From the NCBI GenBank assembly GCA_965287045.1, contig OZ336886.1:25668001-25732000 (forward strand): DNA of 64,000 nt, read 5' to 3'. Under the pieces are notes generated by a model. That model was not told the origin of the DNA and did no database searches. It worked only from the letters and a program-made list of their open reading frames with translations. The DNA is from Carcharhinus amblyrhynchos. Taxonomy: Eukaryota. Numbering within the stretch: position 1 is the stretch's first letter; every line of letters starts with the position of its first letter. Both the position numbers and the translations under genes were made by a program. Positions 37,435 through 49,206 of the stretch are shown here, piece by piece.

Positions 37435-37545
37435 AAGTGCATTCAAAGTGTCAACAATCAATGTGTCCTGCAACTCATATTAATTCTTGCAGCTAGCTGC
37501 GTTCTTCATCGATGCACGAGCTGAGTGATCCATCGCTAAGAGTTG
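37435..37545 (-). pseudogene. 5.8S rRNA pseudogene, 3'-truncated (first ~110 nt)
   Basis: Minus strand CAACTCTTAGCGATGGATCACTCAGCTCGTGCATCGATGAAGAACGCAGCTAGCTGCAAGAATTAATATGAGTTGCAGGACACATTGATTGTTGACACTTTGAATGCACTT matches vertebrate 5.8S, mostly with CpG-type transitions. Confidence 0.93.
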
Positions 37546-37800
37546 TACCAGGTTTCGATTCGGGTCTCCAGAGAGGCTGTCTGATCCTGGACCGCACAAA
37601 ATGCTCCCCTGCCAACGTGGCTATGGAGCTCCAGCTTGGCGTGGCCCACGGCAAGCCCTCAAGCGATAAGTGAAGAAAAAGGGGCGCTTGAATGGCATTG
37701 AGTGGCAACTCTGCTGCCGGGCCAAAGCTCGAACACGCTGTCACACCCCGCAGCAGACAGAGGCAGAGTTCTCTGACGCCATCGTTTGACGGAAGGCTCG
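37546..37800 (-). other. Probable rDNA ITS1 3' segment
   Basis: GC/CpG-rich sequence directly 5' of the 5.8S copy, ending where transposase homology resumes. Confidence 0.7.
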
Positions 37801-39011
37801 AGAGTTCAAATAAGGATGGTCCAGCAGACTGATGCGGAATAAAAACATCATGACAACTAACAGAACACCGACCATTCACTGTAAGCTGTGCTGGATATAT
37901 TTGCACCTGAAATGCACATTCAAGTTGTGGAAGCCTATGCGGTTCTGGTACATCTCCACATTTAGATGCAGCGTTCGATAAGCAAAACATGCAGCAAATA
38001 ACACTCTACATCATGGAGAATCCTCCTAATCTGTTGAAGTCCCATGCACAGTCCACCTGCTCATGCCTGGAAAGATACAATGTAACATTTGCTATCTCCT
38101 GAGATGCGCATTATTATTCAACCACCTCCCCCCGCCCCATTTTATTGAGCAATGGGTGGAAATATGGGAGGTACTAGCTTTTTCAGCATGGAAAGATCCA
38201 AATGTGAAGAAATTAATGAGAATGGTCACCTTCATAGCCATTGCAGCATCACATCATTCTACCCCGAGGTCAAAAGTCTGGCGGCAACAGGTGACACATT
38301 TCAGTGAACACCTCCTTCATAAAATGAAATACTGTAAACATTTCTCTTCGTTTAGCTTAAGATGAAAGAACACTTATTGAAGAGCTGGGGTGGACATGGT
38401 CTCCCACTGAGAATCCTTCGTTCCTCCTTTTCCTGTTTTTCCGATCAGCATGTCTGTCTTTGCATTATCTTTGCCCTAACCCTCCTTGTGATGATACAAG
38501 TCAAGACAGATGGAAATTACAGCAGCCATGACTGAGATTAAGTATCATAAATAGAATCCTTGAAGAGAGAAGAAAGACTGTCACAAAATGCAACACTACT
38601 GTCGACAAAGTTCATCAACTTTAAATAAGAGTACAAACCAGACCAACTTAACAACATCTAACAGAAATAAATCAGCAACCGAAATGTAGTTGATGATCCA
38701 ACTAAATAAAAGTGGTGGGCATTCCTTCTTCCTATTGCTGAATACATAGTTGGCTGTGCGAGGTTAGGAGAGGCTATTAGCAGGAGCACTGAAGTCGAAA
38801 ATGGCACCCTTATAGTCGAACTAGCACCAAATGCAAACTGATACCTTGATCAGACAATTCTGCATATTTCTGCTCCAAGTTCCTGACATCCGCAAAAGCT
38901 ATCTCACCAAGAAGGCACCTGGCTCAGCTCACACCAATGGTGTGCATACAAAAATCAAATGCAATTTTATACACAAAATCTCACCAGTAATATGATAAAA
39001 TGCATGCCATG

Positions 39012-39230
39012 AAGTCAATTCCCCGGCCGATCACAACAGTGGGATTCTTTAATCACACTGGAAGCACATTCCCAGCCCACAGGTTTCCTGGCGGCATGGG
39101 ATGCCTTCAAGTGGGATCTCACATCGACACTAGCAGAACCAGAGAATCCAGAAAATTGCTGCCAGCGAACGGCATGCCACACCTCTCCCACTGAGGAAAA
39201 CACAGGTGGGAAGCCAGAGAATCGCACCAG
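39012..39230. mobile_element. Short MITE-like element
   Basis: GC-rich island with imperfect inverted ends (gtcaattcccc ... agaatcgcacc). Confidence 0.45.
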
Positions 39231-41919
39231 TTGTCTATTTTTCCCCTGTTCAAATACTCATGCATAGAATTCCCATCCTCCCTTTCCAATGGTCTTTATT
39301 TCCAAGCATCCGAGATCACCTTTCCCTCTCCACAAGCTGCTACCGTGCCAATTACCAACACGTACATCAGTAAAATATTGTGGCTCCTGCAGGGATAATC
39401 CATGTGCTTTTTTAGGATGGCTTAGCAATCTTTATCTTTAGTAGAGAATTTCTAGGCACAGCAATACTTTGTATGGCAAAGTGTGAACAATAGAAGCACA
39501 TTACTGACAAATCACACTGTTTTTGCTTATGAAACTAACCACACCAGGTACCATTATATTTTTGGGGTAAAACATTAAAACAGTACTTTTTACACCTAGT
39601 TTGTTTCTGTTAATGTGAAAATGATGCATGCCAATCAATTAGCTACAATATTCTCATTTCCAAATTTTCTTACAAATTTAATAGCATATGTTAAGGAGAG
39701 CATAAGTTTGTTTGCATTACTTTATGTATCATCTCAAAGTGGCAATTAACATTCCATAGTGTGTTGAACCGAACAAACTAAAAACAATATATTGACAAAG
39801 AAATAGTGCACTTGAAAAGATTACAAACTGGATGCTACGTTTCTTGGCAGGACAGGGAAGATGGAAAGGAACTGAGTGATCCGTTTACTCCCAACCTCAC
39901 TGTCTCTGTTCATTCAATCAAGTGTCAGATGGCTATCTAATGACCATCCAGTTGGAAGGATGTCAATTATAGGTGCAAGGGAAGTTCCATGCCCAATTGA
40001 TACCACAGAGCCGGGACATCATGTGGCAGAGCAGCACTTCTGTGAAAAGGAAGTCGGTCATGGTTGGAAATGTAAATGCCCCTGCTCTCAGAGTCATTCT
40101 TTATTCTGTATTGAAAGCTCAAAAAACACAAAACATGTCATTAATAATCATACAGGCGCTACATCACTTTCCCCAGCAGAATGTGCTGGTACATTTAAAC
40201 AAGGTCCCAATGGCAGGTATTTTCTACTACCCTGAGCTGTCCCCTTACAGCAGGCTTAAAAGCTGTTTGTTCATCCTTCACCCAAAAAATGCAGGCTATG
40301 AAAAATTGCAGATGATTGGGTTATTAATAAGCTTAATAGTTTCTCAATTAACAATTTTGAAATGGCAGATGGCCTACTGATTTCCACACCAGCTCACCTT
40401 CCCCAACTTGGGAGAAAGGCTCAATAATGTCATGCATTACTGGCACAATGTTATCATGTCAAATTTTTCAGGGGACAGAGTACTCAGTTTGGGAACGCAG
40501 AATGTAACACTGCGTGCACTAAAGTCTGCAATTATCTTGTAGAGGACAAAGTGCAATTTGAACACTTTCAATACAATATTCTGATAACATGCATCCTTCA
40601 GTCCTTTAACCAACCTCACAATCCCTTCTGCTACATGTTATAACGTTCTTAAATGTATCGCCTAAGTAAACTTTATAACCCGCACATACATTAAAACCTT
40701 CAGGAGTGCAAGCAATAAGACCCTTATAGACACAAATCATTAGTAACAATGACAAGCTCAAACGATTCTTAGACATAAAAAGTGCCTATGCTAAACGTTA
40801 AATGCAATTTTGGCCCATCTATCAAATTACATTTCAGTGCTCTACAAAACTAAACTCATACTATTGACTCAAATTACAAACATTTGCAACTCATATTAGC
40901 CAGCTTAGTACTGCTGAATACTTACAAACCATTTTTATTGTTAAATAAACTAGTAATTAAGTTTTAGTTCACTCAAATTGAAATTGTAAATTGCAATGAA
41001 ATATAATAATAGGTTATTCATAAGTTGATATGCATTTGAAAGGGTATTACATAAAAATTCTGAACCTGGACAAAAAAATGGCATTTGAATGATCACATAC
41101 AGAAAGATGATTTTCTTGGGCAACATGCATAATTTAGCTTCACATACATCTAAGCAGGGGTAAGTACTAACAAGTGACTGTTCAAATGAAATGCATCTGC
41201 AGTTTCTGCATGTTATGATTCCCCAATAAGAAAAATCTCCAGAGTCACATTACAAGTCTAAGAGCAGTGACCTATTTAATGTCATTGAAGATGCAGCAAT
41301 ATGAAAAGAATTGCTTTTAGCTCACCAACTAATGATGGTAGTGCTCCCAACTGACTAAACTGATGAACGACTCCCAACAGTTCAACGCTATATGCGTCAG
41401 CTGATGCAGACAGCAGTCCCTTCGCAATTAAATAAAAGCTGCCAACTTTCAGTATGCACTGCTCTCACATGACAGCCCTAGCTTTGAAAATATTATGTTA
41501 TATTTTATCTGAATGCAAATTAACTGTATGAATTTTTGAATTTTGGCTAAAATGGATGCAATAAAATTCAGATACTAAAAGTAGCTTCAATTTAAAAAAA
41601 TGAGTTTTAAAAGGAATCTATACAGCAAAATATTCTTTAAAACGTAAATGTTCTGTCACTAAGTGGCAGGAGAAAGCAATAATTAACTAAACTCCCATGC
41701 AGTTTTAGTTAAACTAATGGTTCAATAGTGCTCAACAGTATGACAAGCTCAAAGACTAGAAAACATTAAGTGAAGTTATATTTTTGGAGTTTTTTTTGTT
41801 TAATGATCAATTTACATATTAGTGCATAATTATAAAATGGTCTGAGTATCAGATTCAACAAATTCATCAAATTCACCTACATTTGAATAGGGGTTAAAAT
41901 CAGTTATATTCTAACTCTC

Positions 41920-42504
41920 CCTAGTGGGGAGCCAGCAACCTACAATACTACAGGAATTGATTGTTTTCTCTCAAATGTCAGCATGGAACATGTGGGCAGA
42001 AAACATCCAATTAAAAAAAACTGCAGCAAAATATCATTTTTCACTCACTTCAAGAAGCCTAGAATTCAGTTTGTGTAATAGCTTGCTGGCATGTATCCAC
42101 TGTAGAAACATCTCAGCCAAGATGATAAGGAGGCGAGGTCTTGCTTTGCATACACAGCTTGCCAGTAGCAGCTGATAGAAATTGGACTTCCCCAGCAGCC
42201 TGGAGAGCTTGCACACGGCAACTCAGTAACAGGAAATTTCATAAGTGCGTGGCTGCCTCTAGCGAAAGCATCGTTGGTCACAGCTGGCTAAATGTCTCAC
42301 TGTTATGAAGAGAAAGGTGCAGACTAAATACTGTGGACGAGAGGGAACTTTGAGCAATAGCTTAATGTGCAGCCTGGAAAGTAATCTAACAATTCATATT
42401 CTTCACTGCTGGATCATTACTGAAAATCTACTCCACATACACATGGATTTTTACAACAGACGCAGCATACAGGCGTTGCGCTTTCATTTCTAATTTATCC
42501 AAAG
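41920..42504 (+). promoter_or_regulatory. Candidate INSYN2A promoter / 5' UTR exon
   Basis: Non-repetitive, GC-elevated island ending in a strong donor AAAG|GTAAGC (42504/42505), upstream of an acceptor-led first coding exon. Confidence 0.4.
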
Positions 42505-45499
42505 GTAAGCAATCATTTCTATTGGAATTTTAGAACTCTCTCATTTCCCACAACAAATATTTAAATTAATTTCTGACAGATTTAATTTAAAAATGCAGCT
42601 GCTGAATATGTATAACACAGACCTTAAATGCAGCATCCTTAATAGATTATCTTGAAAGGAAAATCATGTTTTACTTGCACTTTGTAACTGTAATCATTTC
42701 CAAAGTCTACAATACTTTCACATTGAATATAATTGCATTCAATTTGAGAAATCTGTCAACCAGAATCTTGTACAAACATCCAAATCAAAAGAGCTTTTTC
42801 ACCTGCATCCCCAATGCAGTAGTTTTTCTATCATCAAATAATTTATAAGTGTCTGCTTGACAGAAATAATTTAGAGAACAGGCAAGCAAAAAGCCTTCTG
42901 TAATACATTGTCCAGTGAGTTCTGATGGTCAACGATGACAAGTAGAAGCCACAAGACAAAGATGTGAAATAATAAGAACATTTCAGAGTAATCATAGTAC
43001 AGCTTGCTTTTTATTGTGTGCCTGTTACCCTGGAAATCCCCTTTAAAGATAAAGCAACGCACCATAGCTCTATGCTGCAGAAAACGTGATAAATAATACT
43101 CTCATAGCTTTTAAATCATTCATGAAAATATTCCTCAGTTTTGCAACTTTACAAAAATAAATTATTTTTTCTACACTGCGAGCAACAATCTGGAAACAAC
43201 ATCTCTAATATCAATTTTGAGCTTGCTACAGTGGCTTACAAATAGTTAGGCACAAGTGAACAGCAGCCCATCTTACCATTTTGTTTCATACCTCTGGCTT
43301 GCAGCATGGAAAGGATTACTTCATTTTAACCCTTCGCTTCCTCCTTAATGGGTAATTTGATCATCAACTTTAATGTTACATAAGATCAAATTTGCTGATG
43401 GATTGTGAGGATACTATTTTTGTTTTCCCATCTTTAATATTAAATGATTATAGAACATCTTGAGCATTCCAAAGTCAGACAGCTAAATCAGAATAATCTA
43501 CCAATCTAACAAACATGACCAATATCTCTCAACAGCTAGATGCATGAGCATCTATAGGTATTTACATTATTTTATATGATTTAATTGGCTTAGTCTGGGA
43601 AATAAATAGAAAGCTCAAACAACTAAAGTTATTTTCTGAAAAATAGCTCACACAATTAACACTGAAGGTTTAAAATTAAGAATACATAGTAAAAAAAACT
43701 AATTAGGTCCAACAAAAAGTGATGAAAAAAGACACTTTGTGGTGTTTAAAATTGGTTATCTAACTTATAAGCAAATGTTATGATCAAGTAATCAATGCAT
43801 GATGAGATAACTCAGTTATTTCTTTTAATCTCAGTATTTTGAGAGAAAAAATAATTCTAATATTAGCATTTTACTAATGGTCAAGTACACAGTCAATAAA
43901 ATTAGAGATACACCATCTCAGTGCTAACACAGTATATTTATTTGAAAGTTTTAAAAAATAAAACCTTGAGATTTTTCATCATATTACTATTAGACAGAAT
44001 TCCATCAATTCACATCAGCTTTTCATGAAGTTGATTTAGAGTTAGTAGACTTAAAAATTAAAATAACAGGAAAGCATTTATTGTCCAATGTTTTTGAATA
44101 ATATCAAGTATTAAATAGAATTTACAACTCATGTACCTTGCTAAGGATGGTCTTCATGCAAGTGATACTTTTTACTGGAAGCTCTAAATGAGGTTTTAAA
44201 AGGTGTCTGCTTTTATTAACTAGAGCTGTAAAATACTGTAAAAGACTCTACTGATCCTTGACTAAAACTTATTTGTTTAAAGAAATTTATGCATTATCTG
44301 ATCTTTTTCAATTTGGAACTGATTTGCATATAGAATTCATTGCAGATGGAATCTACATAATAATTGATTCAGTTGAGTATGCCCCTGGTCAGTTTGTCAT
44401 TGCTAAATTTACATTAGATGCACTGAAACACGACAATTTCAAATAGCACTTCTTGGTAAAAATCTATTCTTGGTACAGAAAAAATGGAGAAATTAATATT
44501 TTCTTACTTATACTGAGTAAGAATCATGATTTAGGTATAAAATATGAAAGAATTATAACTTGTAACCCAAAGGTAACATCACAATTATAATGCATAATCC
44601 CACTTCAAATAGATCTCACAAACTTTCTGCTTTTCTTTAAAAATTATTATCGCCATACCAAATTATACTGAATTTCATTATTTCCAAGACATATATCTTG
44701 ACTGCATTTTTATTTATTTTAAAAGTCAAATTTCCAATTATCCACATTATGAAATATAATCCAGTATATATGATAAATAATGAACATCATAGCACAATCA
44801 AATAGCTGTTTGAAAGCTAATAAATGTGTTCATTAAGGATAAACTGTAAACCAAACCAATTAATGATTCTGATTTCTCAATTTTTAACAATTAATATTTT
44901 CTATCTTTGACTTTTGAAAATTCTTTGTGAATCACTTGATATTAAACAGGAAGTAACTCTTATCATGTTACATGCCATAAAAAAAACAATAGTAGGAAGC
45001 AGAAGAGACAATTTTGAAGTATAGACCTCAAAAAGTAAGAGGATTATGTGACAGCCGAGAGGACATAATCCTTCAAACAGTTACACCATAGGTTCGTTAC
45101 ATTTTTAATTGTAAAGTATCCTTAAAGTATGTTAAACATTTAATGGTCTTGTAATATATGGAGCTCAAGATATTCAAATTGTACCTTCCAACACATCCCA
45201 ACTGGTTGCCTTTGGATCAGGTGAAGAGGTAGCATTGTCCTGGAACTACAATGATATTTGTCCACATCATGAATTATGAGTTACATAACTTTAGGAGGTA
45301 ATTGTGCAAAATTACAAGTACTTTCCACTTTCAAGGCATTTCTGCCTTTGACATTTCTTATTGACGTCACACAGAATTTCGAAGTCAAAAGAACAAATTA
45401 TTGCCAGCACAATGTTTATACTAAATTTCCCTACATCACTTTTATTATATCTTAAATTAGCTCCTTTTTTATAACCTGTTACTACATAGGGGCCTAGAT

Positions 45500-45900
45500 G
45501 TTGTGTCAGCTGTGGTTCAGTTGGTAGAACTCTGACTTGAGTCAGATGGTTGTGGGTTCAAATATTACTTCACAGACGTGTACAAAATTCTATAATGATA
45601 CACCAGTGCAATACTGAGGATGCACTGACTGTTGGAATCGTCCTCTTTTGGATCAGATATTAAAACAAGGCCCTGTCTCCTCTCTCAAATGGATGAGTAA
45701 GAGAGTATCCTCAGTGTCTTGGTCAATATTTATCTATCAATCAACATTTTTAAATTATTATCTAGTCATTATAACTTTGCTTGTTGGAGCTTGTTGTGTG
45801 CAAATTGGATGCTGTTTTTCCAGCACAATGGTGACCTCTCTTCAAAAGTACCTCCCTGGTTGTAAAGTCCTTTGGTGCCTCTGAGGACCTAAAAGTTACA
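45500..45900 (+). mobile_element. DeuSINE/SacSINE1-like SINE
   Basis: tRNA-like head (tggttcagttggtag...gggttcaaat), Deu-like domain (ccagtgcaatactgagg...cttttggatcagatattaaaacaaggccctgtc) and tail. Confidence 0.7.
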
Positions 45901-46639
45901 ATATAATTAGTCTTTCTTTTTCTTTTTAGCTGCCATAAAATGTACTGTGAAAATAAAGAACTGAATAAAAGAATGAAGAACGTAGGAGTAAAAGGGTTGT
46001 ATGCATGTGAACAATACAATGACTGTTGCTATGATACATGAAGTTAAGAAAGAGAAAAAAAAGGAAAATGTTCACTTTGGAAATAGTTATCTCTATTCAG
46101 CTGTTCAGTGTTATCTGAAGTAGAGTTTTTTTTTATAAACTGTAACAAGACAATTCACCTGTAGCAGGTTTAAAGGAAACAATATCTCTTTATGTTGTGC
46201 TGTCTTGGTTGAAAATGTAATGTTTTTAACAAAATCTATTTTATACTTCTTAATGCACTAATTTTTGGGCTTAAAGAAAGTAAATAGAGTTTGAATACCA
46301 TAAATCATTCTGCAGTAGAACAACAGCCAAGCATTAAAAAAGATACAAAGGTTCAACAGAACATTTCAAAAGTTTCATCATTTTAATTATGGGATACATT
46401 TTTGCTGTTGGGCATTGCGAGTCTGCCATTCACCCGTTGGCATTGGCCTTAGCCTTAGCCTAATTAGTTTTCATAGTTGGGGTTCACTAAAATGATTATG
46501 GCAAGATGTTACCATTGTGCGAGGATTAAACATATTGGGACAGAGGTGGGGCAAGAAATCAGGAGTCTCCTATGTGAAGCTCAGCCAGATGTGAGATTTA
46601 AAAGGAAGTGCTGAGGTACCAGACTAATGGTAGCTTCAA

Positions 46640-46826
46640 TATAAAAGCAAAATACTACAAACGCTGCAAATCTGAAATAAAACCAAAATGCTAGCAAATC
46701 CAGCAAGTTTGGTAGCATCTGGTGGAGAGAGAAACAGAATTAAAGTTTTGAATCCATATGACACTTCTTCAGAGCTCTGAAGAAGTTAGAGTGACTCAAA
46801 AAAAGACTCAGTTTCTCTCTTCACAA
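46640..46826 (-). repeat. Penelope-related short repeat with palindromic hammerhead cores
   Basis: Perfect 24-bp palindrome ACTTCTTCAGAGCTCTGAAGAAGT at 46763-46786; body related to 31172-31340. Confidence 0.65.
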
Positions 46827-48040
46827 GGTTAAAATGATCCCTATTTAAAGACTAAAACAAAGTAATTAGACTCTAATGTAAAACAAAGTCAATGGCTGTT
46901 GAAACATAGTAATTAGTCACATTTAAGGTGTTTGTGAAACTTCATCTGTTGTCCCCATCAAGTTTACTTAGAAAAATAAGATTTCTAATCTTTCCTTTTG
47001 GACCAAATATCCTTTTTGGTATGCATCCCATACCTTTCTGTTGTAAGGAGACCGCATTCTTACTGCAAACCAATCTCGGTAAATGAATATTCTCAGTAGC
47101 GAAGGTTCAGATTTATTCAAACACAGTCCAATAAAGATACAAATATAAAGTGTTTTTTTAAAATCAGGCATTTACATCATTGCTGTCAAATTGACAATAC
47201 TTGACTTTTGAAGCCGCTAAAGGGGCTTTTGCCTGCTGATTCCCTGAATGAATTCATCAGCACCTGCTTGTACTTAGCTTGTGCATTGACTCAAATCAAA
47301 GATTATATATTTCTTGGAAAGGTCTATTGCTTCATTTCCAGCACCATCGCCATTCCAGGTGTGTACTAATAAATACAGACTGTTATAAAAAGTTTAATTG
47401 CAATGAAACACCAACAAGAACAATTGTGATGATATATTCTGAAATGTCTTTTCAAGAATTAGATGTTCATTTGATTTGATTTAATATTGTCAAATGTATT
47501 GATAGAAACTTTAGATAGTTTTCAGTTGATCTCTCACCTTGAGACAAACCAGTCTTGCTCCAAAACAATAGTGGCCCTAGCACAGACTAGCAAAACCATC
47601 AGATTTATAAATTTATGTTTTTCCAGTTTTGCCATAATGTTTAAGCTGTAATACATTCAGGATCAGAATATTCTCTAGTGAAATCAGTCAGTAGGCCAGT
47701 GGGATGGAGTTGAGAGGGATGACTGAATTCAGAAAGGAATTACATAGCCTAAAATTAATTTTCAGTAACTTGCAAACATGTTTATTAGTGCTGGAGGAAT
47801 TTGGGTTAGAAAATAAGTTTTTGCTTATGTATGTATAAACTTAGCACTTTTAAGTAGGTGTGATCTGAAAGTGGTGTTTACCACTAATATTTTTAAATTA
47901 CAACATCTTGTTGTGGAGACAAGTTCATTGTATCAGTTCAATAATAATTTTGCAACAAAGCTTTTTATCCTTTAAGTTTGTGACACATTGCAAACTGTGT
48001 TTTAAAAATTATCTCCATTGTTTTCAATTATAGGTAAAAG

Positions 48041-49206
48041 ATGGTGAGTAAGGAACCAAGCAAATGCCAACTCAGTACAGAGAATGAAGCTGAGCAAGCA
48101 GCTTGCCAAACACTGGAAATGAAGTATGTACTGGATCCAAATAGGCAGATTAGAAAAAGAAATAAAGCCCTACAGGTGAGATTTAAAGATATTCGGGAAG
48201 CTCAGAATGAACAAGAGAAGAGGCTTTCTGCAGCACAGCAACTGGACAAAAAAACAATGAAAGCTATTTCTTATAAGGCAGCATATTGCAAATACATGAC
48301 AGTGCCTGCACGGAGGTCAATCCCAAATGTAACCAGAAGCACAGGTGTGCAGACATCACCTGATCTCAAAAAGCGGTATCAGACATTCCCTTTGGAAAGG
48401 AAGAAAGTGAATGTCATTAAAATTGCTCCAACAGTTGACACATTCAGGCGACAAAATAATGATTGGGCAGTTAATAGTAAGCCCAATAAAGACTCAGGAG
48501 TACTCACAATTAGCAGTGCAGAGGGGACAAATCAAAAGAACCCAGATACCAGCTCAAATAATATTTTCATCAAAGTGAATAAACAAGCTGATAGTGACAG
48601 CTTTGGTGATTCAAGCAGCAAAGATCCAGAAGAGCCCTCTCATGTATTAACGTTGACCGATTCTGACCCAACTGAGCAAAATTACCAGTTGTGCAATATG
48701 GCAAAATATGATAAGGGGGCATCAGAAAATCAGAACTTTAATCAATCAGCATTATGTGAGCTGCAGCTAACGGAGTGCTCCTCCTTCCACTTAACAGAAG
48801 CCAACTGTGAACTTAAACAGCTTGATTCTTCTAATTCTTTTACACAGGACTCCCCACAAAATGTGACAGCACGGGAAGTACATGAAAGAACTTTGCATCC
48901 AACCAGTCTGCATTCTCTGCCAGTGAATAGTCAAGCCTGTTCATTACAATCCCCGCAAAGTGAAGGAGAGCCCTCTGAATCCACTGTATCAAACATTACA
49001 CCCAGAGATGAAAGTCAAATTCAGTCTAATCAGGCAGCAGTATCTGTAATGGAGACAAATCAGCAAATCATGCCTCTTACAGAAGCGGTGGATCTGAAAG
49101 CACAGCTGCAAATAATGGAAAACCTGATCAGTTCCAGTCAGGAAACCATTAAGGTGTTACTTGGGGTTATTCAAGAATTAGAAAAAGGTGAAGCCCTCAG
49201 AGAAGG
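48041..49206 (+). CDS. INSYN2A: Inhibitory synaptic factor 2A (FAM196A), first coding exon
   Basis: MVSK...LEMKYVLDPNRQIRKRNKALQVRFKDI...KYMTVPARRSIPNVTRSTGVQTSPDLKK and DLKAQLQIMENLISSSQETIKVLLGVIQELEKGEA are INSYN2A motifs. Acceptor AG at 48032-48033; phase-2 donor GG|GTAAGA. Confidence 0.96.

Larger units (their letters stand above)
36870..38400 (-). mobile_element. PIF/Harbinger (HARBI1-like) transposase pseudogene, interrupted twice
   Basis: In order: KEVFTEMCHLL, MKVTILINFFTFGSF, NRIGFHNLNV, VNGRCSVSCHDVFI..QS, (rDNA insert), GQHTFYESQ, (SINE), NVIEQTIAVLK.RFRCLDR, FIVADCLLHDL. Confidence 0.85.

Noticed and set aside
37493-37990. 165-aa minus-strand ORF as a novel gene
   Set aside because: It is a chance read-through of Harbinger transposase, ITS1 and 5.8S sequence.
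44346-44516. Possible extra 5' UTR exon
   Set aside because: The splice signals are only moderate and cannot be told from chance without transcript data.
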